Assembly (NCBI GenBank): GCA_028023455.1
Contig: JAQFVV010000003.1
Coordinates: forward strand, 15,810,001 to 15,874,000
Direction of reading: 5' to 3'
Source of the DNA: Epiperipatus broadwayi
Taxonomy: Eukaryota > Animalia > Onychophora
DNA: 64,000 bases
Under the pieces are notes generated by a model. It was not told the DNA's origin, ran no database searches, and worked only from the letters and a program-made list of their open reading frames with translations. Below are positions 39,455 through 52,675 of this stretch, piece by piece. The position numbers and the translations under genes are program-made. The number at the start of each line of letters is the position of its first letter. Position 1 is the first letter of the stretch.

Positions 39455-40009
39455 TTTGAGTTTCATTGAGAAAGTATATTTGTTAAGAGATGAAATCATA
39501 GTCATGATAGAATTTCAGTATAAATTTGATTTTTAGCTAGTATTTTAATGTTATATGATTTTCTGTTTTAGATATACACTGACTACAATTTATTTATATT
39601 TTGTCCTGCAACAAGTAAAGGTTATTAAAGTGTTCCTGAAAAAAATCACTCTCGAATCAATTCACTGATATGGCACTATTACAATAATTAAATTAAGATT
39701 ATAAGAACTGGAAATAAATTAAACATCTTGTTGAATAAGTTTACTAATGTGGAACTAAATGTCTTTAGCATCGAGTTAATTCTCTGATACTTTTCTTCAA
39801 TTAATGCCTGTGACTACTTCAAATTTTCTACTTATATACACTTCTTTACTTTGACTAACTAATTTTATGATATATCTTAACATTGTCGTTCTGTAATAGC
39901 ATATGTACTAATTGTAATTTCACAAAATGTTTGATGTATATATTTAGTTAATTTTCAAAGTGTTTATTTTTGTTTTCCACCTTCATTAAAGTCATATATA
40001 TATATATAT

Positions 40010-40410
40010 TGTAACCATCATCAATTGGACAGTCGGGCCACACATTGACAGGTGCCAAGAGCTCGCCTGTAACCATCATCAATTGGACAATCGGGTCACA
40101 CATTGACAGGCGCCAAGAGCTTGCCTGTAACCATCAACATTAATCAAGCTTAATACCTTGATGTCAGAGAACTACTATAATCAAACCCACCTTACTATAA
40201 CCTAATAGACTGAAGGGACGTACCAATGCCTACCACATTGGCACCCAGAACTGTAATAGAATTCTCTATAACCAATGGCTTTAATCATTGGGCAGCCAAG
40301 AACTGTACCCATTGATCTAACTGAATGCTCCCATCATTGTGGTGCCAAGAACTATAACCAAAAGTATCTCATGCCATCTATATTATGCACCAAAGACTAT
40401 AACCAAAATC
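40010..40410. repeat. Degenerate repeat-spacer array (~7 units, mostly 45-58 bp)
   Basis: A conserved block CATTG..GGYRCCAAGAAC-TRTAACC recurs, with TRTAACC-like junctions at 40010, 40068, 40126, 40176, 40252, 40304, 40353 and 40398. The first two units are near-identical 58-mers; later spacers differ. Confidence 0.75.
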
Positions 40411-43400
40411 TGGAGCAAATTACCACAAACAAAACTAATGATATAACATAAAATTGTTATGATCTAATCTGGTCGCAGCCAGGGTGTACCATGATGACCT
40501 ATCATAGTAGTATGTGAAAATACATTAGACAAGTTATAAGAATGCAATTTTATTATCCTTCAAACTTTAATTTGCCATTTTTCATCACATGAGACCTTAT
40601 GGCTGACCATGGACAAGATGGTATAATTTGTGGAACTACTAAAGATTATGAATTTTAAAATTACATATATGATTTTTGATACAAATGCTAGTCTGGGTAA
40701 GAGCTTTGCAATAATAAATAAACATGAAATATTTGGGTTCTTTTCTATAATTTAATAAATATCAATGAGACTCTTGTTATACTGATGAATGACAATTAAA
40801 ACATTAAGTAAATACATTTAATCATATCATTATCTGGTAAATCTGTTTATAAGTTTATAAAATCAATCAATTTTGTATCATGTACTCGAATCAACTACGC
40901 AAAGCTTAAATGATGGAAAAGGTAAATGGGATTTTATTGTACCTTACACATCATAAACTACCAAGGACAAAAAACATTCAAATGTTTTTCTCAAAATATT
41001 ACTAAACTCTTATATCATGCTGACACTAGTATGTACTTCAATGTATGCTTTATTCAAGATATATGATTTCTGATTTTATGAATGACAAATAGCAACGACA
41101 CAGTAAGTTTAATTATAAATCAATATTTATTTACAATTTTTATGACTAATAAGTAATTGATGTTTAATGTAATAACTAAATACATAAATAAACAAATAAA
41201 ATAAATAAATAAATTATAATTCCATTGGCTTCCTTCAATAACATATCATAGGCACTGTTTTATAAAGCCTAATCATACATTATATTACAATTTGATATGA
41301 TTGATGTCTTGATGAAATTATATAAAAATTCAACATCAACTCATGAAATATCCAATGTGTCAGTTCCAGAACCAATAAACCTATACTGTAGACCCATAAT
41401 AATGTAATAAATAATATTATATTTGTAGGATTTAGCTATAATGCTAACGTTAAATAAAATGCAAATTTAAACTTACATTCAGATAAAATATTAATTAACA
41501 AACAGTTAATTATTATGAGGTAACTTAGATAGAATGTCCTGCTACACATTTTATAACTTAACTTATAAATTATGCTTATAAATGGAAGAAGATAATTTTA
41601 GAAGAATAACCAAAATACTTTGCCCAAACTTATATTTATGAAGTAAAATCATATTCCTGTGGATGCATTCATCTACACATAGGAATTATATAACAATGAG
41701 TGCCTTGTGGATTTATACACCATCATAAAGCAATAAATATAATTACACAATTCTGTGAATTAACCACCAGCGCAGGAATGAGTGTAAAAATACAGAAAGT
41801 GGCAATTAATTAATCTGTGGATTAACCACCAGCACAGATTAATGCCTTTTAACATTATAAAGCAATATTACTATTTACTTCATATTTAAAGTGCAAAAAT
41901 CATTCTCCTCAGTTATTCTGACCATTCAGAAAACACTAACGTTTTAGCAGATGTGGGTTCATGCATAATAAAAGTGTTTCACTAATCAGGACAACTAATA
42001 TATTCAATTATCTTGCTTAAAATAAAAAACATAGCAACAATGTAATATAAGCGACATTAGTATAGGAATAGAACTCTGGAAAGACTCACAAGACACTTCA
42101 TGAGAGGTTGACACACATCATAAATTCATTAGTAATTTTCAAGCTTTTTTCGCAAGTGCTATTCCCTTGAATAAGTATTTTATTCAATCCCATTAATTTA
42201 ATTTAAACCTAATAAAATATAACTCATGAACTTCACATACAAGTTCATATAACAACAAAATTAAATTAATTCATTCTTACTTAAATACATGAATTCTAGC
42301 AGGTGTGCGTGTGACAAATTAAATTGTACAGCATTTTATAATAATAAATATGATCCGTGAAATCCATGTAAAAATGTCTTGAACAATAAATACACAAAGT
42401 GATAATTATAATTATAGTTGAATTCCATGAATGTAATTATATCTATTTGTCTTAGTTATTATAAGCACTTTTAAATTAATGATTTACGTGGCTCCATGAA
42501 TATAAAACAATTCCAAAAACATGACATGCAGAGTTTAAATGAAAATGTTCTTCATAAGTTATTAAATTCTACATTTCTATATAAAACTATTCCAAGTTTA
42601 TAACATCCAGACTAATATTTATTTATCCACATTTAAATTTAGGGATACTAATTAGGGGCAAATAATTTAATAATTCCAAATTAACGATAAAAATTAGAAA
42701 GTAGTTTTAGTTAATTATTTGAAGACTGTTTCCATTATTCAAATAGTAAAGAAATTAAATAGCAAATACATTACTGGAAGTATGTAGTTAAATAAATTAA
42801 TCAATGCTATATTATTTTAAATTATAAACAGAAATATTAAACCATGTTAATAACTTTAACATTTAACTTTGATTTTAAACCTCTTCTTTTTTAAAAAGAA
42901 AGTTTTCAAATCTAAAAAACTTCTGTAATTAAAACATCTATTTAGTATTGCCATATTGTAGGATAATAAAATATTCTAAACATACCGAGATTCTGCAATT
43001 AATTCTGCTTTTAAATTTGAAAGCTCCGACATATTTTTAAATGTAAATATTGGAAAATTATTAGCGATTTGATCCACTTGGCTAGCTGACTTGAACAGAT
43101 TTTTAAATTTAGTACTTCATTCTATTATTAAATACCACCATTTTATGTTTACATTTGTAGAAAACTTTTTAGTAAATCCATTTACTTATTAATTATTTTT
43201 AAAAATGTGCTTATCAAATTTTGCATACATTTTATTCTCACACCATTTTCTTTTTCTTTTTATAACAGCAACCTTATCGCAGACGATCTCTTTAATCGCG
43301 CTCTTTTTTTTTACATTGAAAGGCATATGTAATTACTATATTTTTATTTAATAATTAAAATTAGTTAAACAAATGTTGTTGTTTTTTTAATTCAATGAAA

Positions 43401-44754
43401 ATAATTTCTAAGACTATTTTAAACAAATAAGAATTATTATTATTTTCAATCACATTTTACTAAATTTAATATGTGTTGTCAATTTCTAAAAAGTTAAACA
43501 TATTTCGATACAAATCAGTGGATGGAAAGAAGCAATTTAAATACATTAAAAATAACACAGACAATAGTAGGCAAAATATTACTTATTCTCTCTAATAAAT
43601 TATCCTGAGTGCAAGAGAATAATCTGTTCAAACGAAAACCAAGGCAATCAAATCACCAAAAAGAAGACAGAGAAATTTTTATACCAGTTATATCGATCTT
43701 TATATTTTATACTAAAATATAAGGTTACAATATATATATATTGATTGGAGTGCAATGTTTGTAATGGGGAATGCATATTTTTTTCTGTTGCAAAATAAAA
43801 TATTTATTTTGGCAAGTTAGTATTATTATTTATATTTGCATTGATATGTCTGTGATTAGTATAAGTTTATCTAATTATACACCTATTTTAGATTTGATTA
43901 GTCCGTTTCATTTTATATTTATAAATATAAAGTAGAAAACTAATGTAGCAATATATTGTAAGTTTATTTTACTTTGTATAGTCATTAGTGACATTCATCT
44001 CAACCAAGTTACTTTCTTCAGCTAAGAGAACTTACGAATTGAAGTCATATTTGATTTTTATGGTCATTATGGTCATTAATCTGCCCCAAATAAATTCTAC
44101 TATTAAGAGTAATTATATTCTCATTTTCCGATGAATGTTGTATTTTAACAAGCTTGGCTACAAACCGGTTATTTGATAAAGTTTTTAATCAAAATAGAAT
44201 CGTTCAATTCTTTCTGGGTATACATAATTTAGTATACAATTTTAAAAACACTTAAGATTTAATTAAAAGAAATCGTTTTATTCCATAATCTAAACAAAAT
44301 AAAGATTAACTTACTTAATGTTGGCTTCTTTAATAAATAAAAAAATTTTTGCATTTATTTAAAATTTAATTTATTAAAAAACTTCTTGTAATTTTGTCAA
44401 AGACAAGTCGACAAGTGGAGATCCATGAATAAAGTCAGAAAAAAAATTCAAATTAATTTTATGTAAAATAGCGCCATTGACTGTACAATTTAACATCATC
44501 TGGTTTTGACAAGTTTAATCACAAACAGCTGATAAAAAACTAAATTATACTAAAATGCTAATTATAATTAAATAAAAGAGTTTTAATCGTAATAATCAAA
44601 TATAAAATTGTTTGTTTGTGTGTGTTGTGTGTGTGTGTGTGTGTGTGTTAGTGAATGTTTTCCATACATATATATATATGATTTTGAAATTGATGGTTTA
44701 TAAAATCAATTTTACCGTAGATTTTATTTAATATATAAATTGTAAATATACATA

Positions 44755-45736
44755 TCATATTATTATTACTATTTGCGGGATATTCCGTGTAGTGAAAAAG
44801 CTAAATGCTGACGTTTCAGTACAATATCAAGTACCTTCCTCAGAGCGTCCTCTTTCTCAAATCATAAGAATGCATGTGAGATTTAAAATCGTTTTTAATC
44901 GTTTTCTTTTTCCTCATATTTAAATTCTATTGGTTGAGAAGTTTTAAAATTTATTTTCTCTTTCAATAGTTTCTTCCAAATGTTGTCAATCTTCTTTAAC
45001 TCACACCTTTCATTTATGCTCTTGGGCCTTTTATAAATCTCTATAGCTTCTCTTAGCAATCTCTGGTCATATTGTTCAATTTTTGCTAAAATATTTGTTT
45101 TTTCAAAATTGATATCATGATTTGTTAATTTAATATGAGAATAAATAGCTGATGAATTGGATTTTTCTCTCACTGCCAGAATGTGTTCTTCCTTTCTAAT
45201 ATTTATTCTACGATTCGTCTGTCCTATATATGTATGTGGACAGATCCTACATGGAATTTCATACACACCATGACACTCCAAAGCAATTTTATCTTTAGGA
45301 AGAGGAAATATTTCATTAACTTTTTTATAAGTAGTGTAAATTGTGTGAATATTATTATTCTTTAAAATGTTACCAATTCTATCAGTTACTCCTTTAATAT
45401 ATGGCAAAATTGTCTTAATTTTTGATGTATCAAAATCTTTTTTTTCTTTTGATATGTATAAGCCCTATTAATAATTTTGTAATTAAAACCATTATGAAGA
45501 AGCATTTTATTAGTAGAAAAAAGGTCCCGGTGAAAATGGCTATCATCAGAAAGTCTCTTTGTTCTATCCAATAATGTCTTTGCCACTGAAAATAGTTGTG
45601 CAGGATGGTGATGAGAGGAAAAATGCAGATATCTCCCAGTGTGTGTTGGTTTTTTATATATACCATGGGATAAAGAACCATCTTCCCTTCTTTCAATCAA
45701 AACATCTAAAAAAGGTAATTGATTATTATTTTCTAT
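44755..45736 (-). mobile_element. 5'-truncated Penelope-like element, left arm (RT C-terminus, GIY-YIG, pLTR)
   Basis: LPFLDV..IYKKPTHTGRYLHFSSHH and LPYIKG..GVYEIPC..YIGQT.R..R..EH..RLLREAIEI..IN; reverse complement of 45760-46737. Confidence 0.95.
44805..44848 (-). ncRNA. Minimal hammerhead ribozyme motif, intact core
   Basis: Minus strand ACGCT-CTGAGGA-AGGTAC TTGATATT GTACT-GAAA-C-GTC-AGCAT. Confidence 0.78.
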
Positions 45737-45989
45737 AATAATAAAAAATAATAATAATAATAGAAAATAATAATCAATTACCTTTTTTAGATGTTTTGAT
45801 TGAAAGAAGGGAAGATGGTTCTTTATCCCATGGTATATATAAAAAACCAACACACACTGGGAGATATCTGCATTTTTCCTCTCATCACCATCCTGCACAA
45901 CTATTTTCAGTGGCAAAGACATTATTGGATAGAACAAAGAGACTTTCTGATGATAGCCATTTTCACCGGGACCTTTTGCTACTAATAAA

Positions 45990-46652
45990 ATGCTTCTTCA
46001 TAATGGTTTTAATTACAAAATTATTAATAGGGCTTATACATATCAAAAGAAAAAAGATTTTGATACATCAAAAATTAAGACAATTTTGCCATATATTAAA
46101 GGAGTAACTGATAGAATTGGTAACATTTTAAAGAATAATAATATTCACACAATTTACACTACTTATAAAAAAATTAGTGAAATATTTCCTCTTCCTAAAG
46201 ATAAAATTGCTTTGGAGTGTCATGGTGTGTATGAAATTCCATGTAGGGTCTGTCCACATACATATATAGGACAGACTAATCGTAGAATAAATATTAGAAA
46301 GGAAGAACACATTCTGGCAGTGAGAGAAAAATCCAATTCATCAGCTATTTATTCTCATATTAAATTAACAAATCATGATATCAATTTTGAAAAAACAAAT
46401 ATTTTAGCAAAAATTGAACAATATGACCAGAGATTGCTAAGAGAAGCTATAGAGATTTTTAAAAGGCCCAAGAGCATAAATGAAAGGTGTGAGTTAAAGA
46501 AGATTAACAACATTTGGAAGAAACTATTGGAAGAGAAAATTAATTTTAAAACTTCTCAACCAATAGAATTTAAATACGAGGAGAAAGAAAACGATAAAAA
46601 CAATTTTAAATCTCACATGCATTCTTATGATTTGAGAAAGAGGATGCTCTGA
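45990..46652 (+). CDS. PLE polyprotein C-terminal part: RT thumb/linker plus GIY-YIG endonuclease (truncated, frameshifted upstream)
   Basis: 220-aa ORF with GVYEIPC..C..YIGQT, RKEEH, REAIEI and PKSINE; upstream RT sequence is in another frame (45796..). Confidence 0.85.
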   Translation: MLLHNGFNYKIINRAYTYQKKKDFDTSKIKTILPYIKGVTDRIGNILKNNNIHTIYTTYKKISEIFPLPKDKIALECHGVYEIPCRVCPHTYIGQTNRRINIRKEEHILAVREKSNSSAIYSHIKLTNHDINFEKTNILAKIEQYDQRLLREAIEIFKRPKSINERCELKKINNIWKKLLEEKINFKTSQPIEFKYEEKENDKNNFKSHMHSYDLRKRML

Positions 46653-46687
46653 GGAAGGTACTTGATATTGTACTGAAAGGTCAGCAT
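46644..46687 (+). ncRNA. Minimal hammerhead motif with stem III mutation
   Basis: ATGCT-CTGAGGA-AGGTAC..GTACT-GAAA-G-GTC-AGCAT; C>G breaks the ACGT palindrome. Confidence 0.6.
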
Positions 46688-49600
46688 TTAGCTTTTTCAC
46701 TACACGGAATATCCCACAAATAGTAATAATAATATGACATCTTTTATCCGTGAAAACATTAGAATTAATATATATATATATATATTACGAATATTTTAAT
46801 ATTTTATTTTATATTGAAATAATATAATCAAATAGATTAGAGATGACGTTCCAACATAAATATGTCACATATATAATTTCCATTTTTTAGAAACTAAATA
46901 ATAAGAATAAATATATATATATATAATTAACTGGAGTTTTTGTATGGAAAAACATAATTTTAACATTTAATCAATATAAAAAAATGAAGAGTTAAAATTT
47001 ATTTTTTTTCTATATTTGGTACTTCTCAATTTAATAACTAAACATTTTTGAAAATATTTGATCTGTGTTTTAGTTTATATAAAATTTACAGTTGATTAAG
47101 TAAAATCGCATGCTTAATATATTCCACATATTGTTAAAAGTTTTTGATAACTGAATCATATGCCATCTAGTTTTAACAATTTCCATATCTTGAACATAAT
47201 AATGTGCTTTCACTTATGGTACTGCTGTTTTCTTAGCTTAAATTCACATTTATTTTCATTTGCCAGAGTTGCATTCATTTGATGGCAAAACTGGAAGTAT
47301 AATATTGCTGAATTTTTATTCTTTAAAAAATTTCAAGATATTAATATTAAGCAGATAAAGTATTACAAATTAGTGGGACCACTAACATCATCACTGATTA
47401 GGTAGTTGGTTATTATTAATCACAGAAAAACATTTGCAAGAATATTTGAGCACATTTATTTTTTTCTTAGACTTTGCAAATGTTAATATATATTTTTCAT
47501 AGTTTGTTTATTTATCTATCAATACTTTTGCTCAAAGTTTTAACTGTTCCAAATTGTAGTGATATGTCTCTTATATTTCAGTATTTCTAACATTTTTCTT
47601 TGTCTTACACATCCACATAAAATATATGATTAAATGTTTATTACTTATCAGAAAATAACAAATTTGACTTTATTTGATAGATATTTTTATTTCTGAAATT
47701 AATTTTAAATGTTGACATTATGTTTCTGTAAATATTAAAAAATGAGACAATAAAACAAAAATGTTATACATCATGATTCTAGAAAAAAATATTTTCCATT
47801 TATAAAATAATAAAAATATTACTTAATTTTTATTATTTTTAACCATTTGAAATGTATAATTATTTATTTCTCTTATATATAATGAATTATGCTTAAAATG
47901 TTTACATTTTTTGAATATTTATTGCAAAATTATGATAATTTCTTTACTCATAAATAAAGTAGTTTGTTTACATCATAGTTTGTCTTCTAATTTGCTTCAG
48001 GCCATATTTACGTTAACTACTAATATAATGTTATATTTTTAAAAATAAAGTATTGCAATTCAAAATAAGTTATTAAATAATTTATATTTCTTGATATTTA
48101 ATAAATATAGTTTAAATTATTTTTAAAAGATATCTAAAACTGTAATAAATTTGCAAATAAACACATTTTTGCATCATTGGAAAAGGCAATGTCATAAAAT
48201 GCCAAGTGTTTTACAGCCGTGGTGAGAGACAATGGCTGACCATGTCAGGGCAGGCCTTATGTCTATTGTAAAAATGGGAATTTTGAATTTCCTGCCTTTT
48301 AGTGCACTTTTTTTTTTGGGGGGGGGGATTATTATAGTAAAATCTACCATTTTAAATGCATTTTAACATATAGTACTTACAAAAAAATTTACCAGGGGGT
48401 GAATTGGACAAAAGACAAAATAATTCAGGTTTACTCCTCAAAAAGTTAAAGTTTTTACTTTTTTTAATCAAGATAAATTAATCAGTGACTAATCACATTT
48501 TATTGATTTTTTTATTTACATTTCAAAAATAGAAATGTATATTTTTATACTGTGTTAACATATATATGATTGTTTTTGCCAAATATCTATACAATATTTA
48601 TTTTTGTAGAAGAATAATATGTTCAGATTCAAATTTTATTCAAAAAATATTTATTTTTAGAACACAAGTCATGAGAAATCAATAAAATATGTCTGTAATT
48701 TGTAATTTACTGATAAAGAATCCTTTAACCTTGACCACAGTCAATTTATTTTAGTCATTTTTTTTAATTATAAATAATATTCTCAATTTTAAATAGATTA
48801 TTGTCAGCTGTTAAAAGTCTGAATTGTAATTTGTTCCATATTTATAATCTATGTTAATAATTCATATTTTTCTAGTTTAATAGTATGATGAGCAATGTGA
48901 TAATTTCCCAAAGAGAAAAAAATGTACAATTTTTTGTAAATCTTACTACATATTTTAGAATATTTTTTTTTATATATTTACAAAATTAAAATAGTATTTT
49001 TTAAAATAATTTTTATTTCTATTTATATATTTCTAATTAATAATTCAAAATATCTGAACATACAATAAAAATAAAGTCAAATTTGATAAAATGAAAAGTT
49101 GAAAATTTATTACAATCTTCCACAAAAAGTTGCCAAAAAAAATCAACTAATGAAAAGTTCATGTTTATTTCCACATTGACAAAATCAGCTTCATTTATTC
49201 AGACTTGATTTAATTTTGAAACATAAGCATATTCTTTTAACCATTTGTAATAAAATAAGAGAAACTTTTAATAATAGTATTATATATAATAAGTTGGATT
49301 AATCAGTTATTATAATATGCTAATGCATTAAAATTTCTTTTCTCATATTAGAATATGTCTTTTTCTTTATCAATGTGGCTTGGGATTACAGGACTGGCTA
49401 GAGATAACAATTTAATTTTATTGACATTTGATAATTATTTTTATTCAAGACTATTATAGATGACCCTAAAATAGAAAGCAATTCTTGTTTTTGTTTATGT
49501 TGGGAAGATGAAAATATCAAATTCATAGTGACATTACAAAAATTACAAATCACCTCTCATTTATCAATAGAAACAAATTATTTTTGATGTTTCTTTCAGT

Positions 49601-52596
49601 TTTGGTAGCCAATTTGTATAAAAATGTTGATTATACATAATTACAATTTCTTCTTAATGCTATATAAATATATGAAATTATTATTAATATTTGAAAACAG
49701 ATCAAAAAAATTTGCATGGTTAGCTAACAAATAAATAAGTCAATTTTTAACATTGAATTTCAAATTTATTGCATGCATATGCAATACGATGTCTCAAGAA
49801 AAATAAATTAACCATTTACTGTTTAAATATAGAATAATTGAAATATTTTTTTAAGTTTAAAATTGAAGTTTAGGTATCTTTTTTGACACATTTCTAAATG
49901 TTATATAACCTCCTTGCCTCCATGTTCATTTGTAATTCTATTTTTAATTAAAAAATATTCTTTATATTATCCTTATATTTTTAGAAATTTAATTGAAAGT
50001 ATAAATAAAAAAAATAATTTTCAGTCTTCACAATCAAACAAAAGGCTTGAATTGGATGAAAAAACATTCCTAAATAATATATTGTAATGGTCATATTTGT
50101 GCATTCATGCAATACAATCCAGAGCTTTGACAAATTATACCAAAGCTGATCTAGATGAGGGGTTGAGACCTTGAATCTAATTACTCCTCAGCTTCTTCAC
50201 AAATGCTCCATGATTTACTATCCTATGGCTGACATATATGAGGCCACACTCAGAGTTTCTTAATTTGTATGCCATCAGTAGAAAAGGATGAAGCAAGCAA
50301 CTCATGGAATAAATGACTAAATTACTACATAAATAATTAAATACACACATCTACGGCAGGATGGATAAGGCATATCAACAATTAACACTAATGTTAATAA
50401 ATTTAACTAAGATTTGGGGCAGACTAAGAATGACATGCAACACATTGATTATAAGTTAATATATTTTAATTATTAAATATAGACCAAAAAAAACATAAGT
50501 GCATTGAATGATACACACAGGTGTGACAAAGATGAGCAAATTTGAGAACAGAATCTCATCTGATGCACTGTAATTTAAAAAGCTTATTACAAATTTAATC
50601 TATGGTCTATTCATACATTCTTATACTACACACTCCTTAGTGATTTGCTATGGTTAAATATGCAAGAGTGATCAATAATAATCACATCTCTCTATTAACA
50701 GTACAAATTGAGCATTAATGTGCTCCCTATACAGATTATTATATACATAACTAGATTACAGATTCAGATCAATGGTGATCTATTCTTAACATTATGGAAG
50801 AGTGAACTGGAGCTTTGTAGTATGACTTCAGATAGTATGGAGTTAAATACAAATTACTAGAGAGGTGTGTATCTCAAATGTGACTTTCCTCATGGAATTT
50901 CTTACCATGTAAGTTGTTCCCGAGAAACATACGACTTGTTGTGAATTAATTGAACATATAGTTTGGTGATTGGAGCAGCTTCTAAAATAATCTGTACTCT
51001 TGTGCTCCAGTTCTAAAGAAGACCTGTCCAAACTAAGTATATGGGATGACCATTAAAACCAGAAGCCCACTCATATAAGAAACATACAGCAAGGCATAAA
51101 TGTATGTATGTGATTCCTAAAGACACATTTGCCATGCTAGATATAATACTAACTATTAAACTTACTATACCCAAATTCTATCCTTTTGGTCTGTAAAACT
51201 AGCCTACACCAGTTCATGAATTATCATTTTTAAAACATGCTAAAAAGGATACTTATAGTAATCTAATTTATTGACAAATCTGCATAGTTTATACTATAAC
51301 TCAAAGGAGGGCTAAACATATCTGGGACTTAAGCAATACATATAATATGCTTTATAACTCATTCTTGCATTTATTAACTAATTAGTTTATTAACTTGCAA
51401 ACCTGGTTTTAACAACAATAATAAACCAAACCTAATAGCTTAATGAATGTATTTAGGTTTTCAAAGTGGTGATTTATGTGTGTATGCTAAAGAGCAAGAT
51501 TACTGAATTATGCAAGAGCTTCTAATCAACTCTTCTCAAATTTTATTCATAAAATTAATCTCCATTCTGAACTGGGTGTAGTGTAAATTATAAAATAAAC
51601 ACACACACACATATATATATATGAAATGAAAAAAGCATGACTGCAGATTAGCAAGTACTAGAATAATAACTAAATAAAGTTAATATTTAACAAGCATTAC
51701 AAGTTTAGAATTTGATTTAAATAAAGACAGGTAAGTTTACAGATATGATTTTAAAAGTTTAATATGATATTTTAATGATTTAAATTAGCTTTTAATTATA
51801 ACATTTTTAAGATTTAGAAGTTTATACACATTACAGATTAGTATCTAGCTTTAGATTGAAATAATTAACTAGAATTGTTTTTAAAAAGCTCTGTGGGGAA
51901 AATTGTTACCACATTTCTTTGCTGAGGCTTCCCTGTCACTGTAGTACCATCATTCTCAGCTGGGCTGATCCATTCCTGATTTTTTAGCAGTCTACTGACC
52001 TCCCCATTCTTCCATCTCCACAGACTGATCTCTTGAAAGGAAAGCCCACAAATGGTATGTTTTTAACCACCAAGCTTCATTTTCCAGTTAGTCATAGTGA
52101 TGGGCAACAATTACCATCTCCTACTCCAAGTGAAGAAAAAAATACAAAATCAGTCTTTGTATTTAAAATTTAGGGTTATTTATGCAAAAAAATATTTAAC
52201 TTGAGTGCCCTGTTTACAACATTCTACAAAATTTTCTTAAATTCCAATGAACAATTTTAAATCCATAAAATGAAACCTTTAGTCATTTTTTTTCTAAAAT
52301 AGTGACAGTTGGCTAGGCCACTTTTTGTTCTTAGATTTATTAATTACATACAGATGATTTTTCTAAAAATTTCCAGCTTTTTTTAAAAAAAAAACATAAC
52401 TTTTTTTAAAAAAAGAGTTTAGATTCTGTAAATATTTCTATATATGTGTGTGTATGAGAGAGAATATTCCAGAATTGAAATTTATATACAAATGCACTTA
52501 AATGAACAGTTTATAACTGAGATTAATTCAAATTTATATTAATTTAAAAGAGTTGTAATGCTTTTTTAAATCTATTGCATTATGGCTTCTTTCATA

Positions 52597-52603
<7 letters not shown>

Positions 52604-52673
<70 letters not shown>
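52604..52673. repeat. (TA)n microsatellite
   Basis: Seen directly. Confidence 0.97.

Positions 52674-52675
<2 letters not shown>

Larger units (their letters stand above)
45760..46768 (+). mobile_element. 5'-truncated Penelope-like element, right arm
   Basis: Same content as the left arm; the pLTR runs ~30 bp further and ends in (TA)n. Confidence 0.95.

Noticed and set aside
40010-40410. Calling the array a CRISPR
   Set aside because: The context is eukaryotic, there are no cas genes, and the repeats are degenerate with irregular spacing. Kept only as an unexplained array.
50760-51100. Possible LINE C-terminal Cys/His remnant
   Set aside because: Only the loose motif CCELIEHIVW; insufficient.
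52024-52054. 31-nt exon candidate (CACAG|...ATG|GTATGT)
   Set aside because: The splice signals are plausible, but it is too short, has no recognisable peptide, and sits in a probable repeat fragment.
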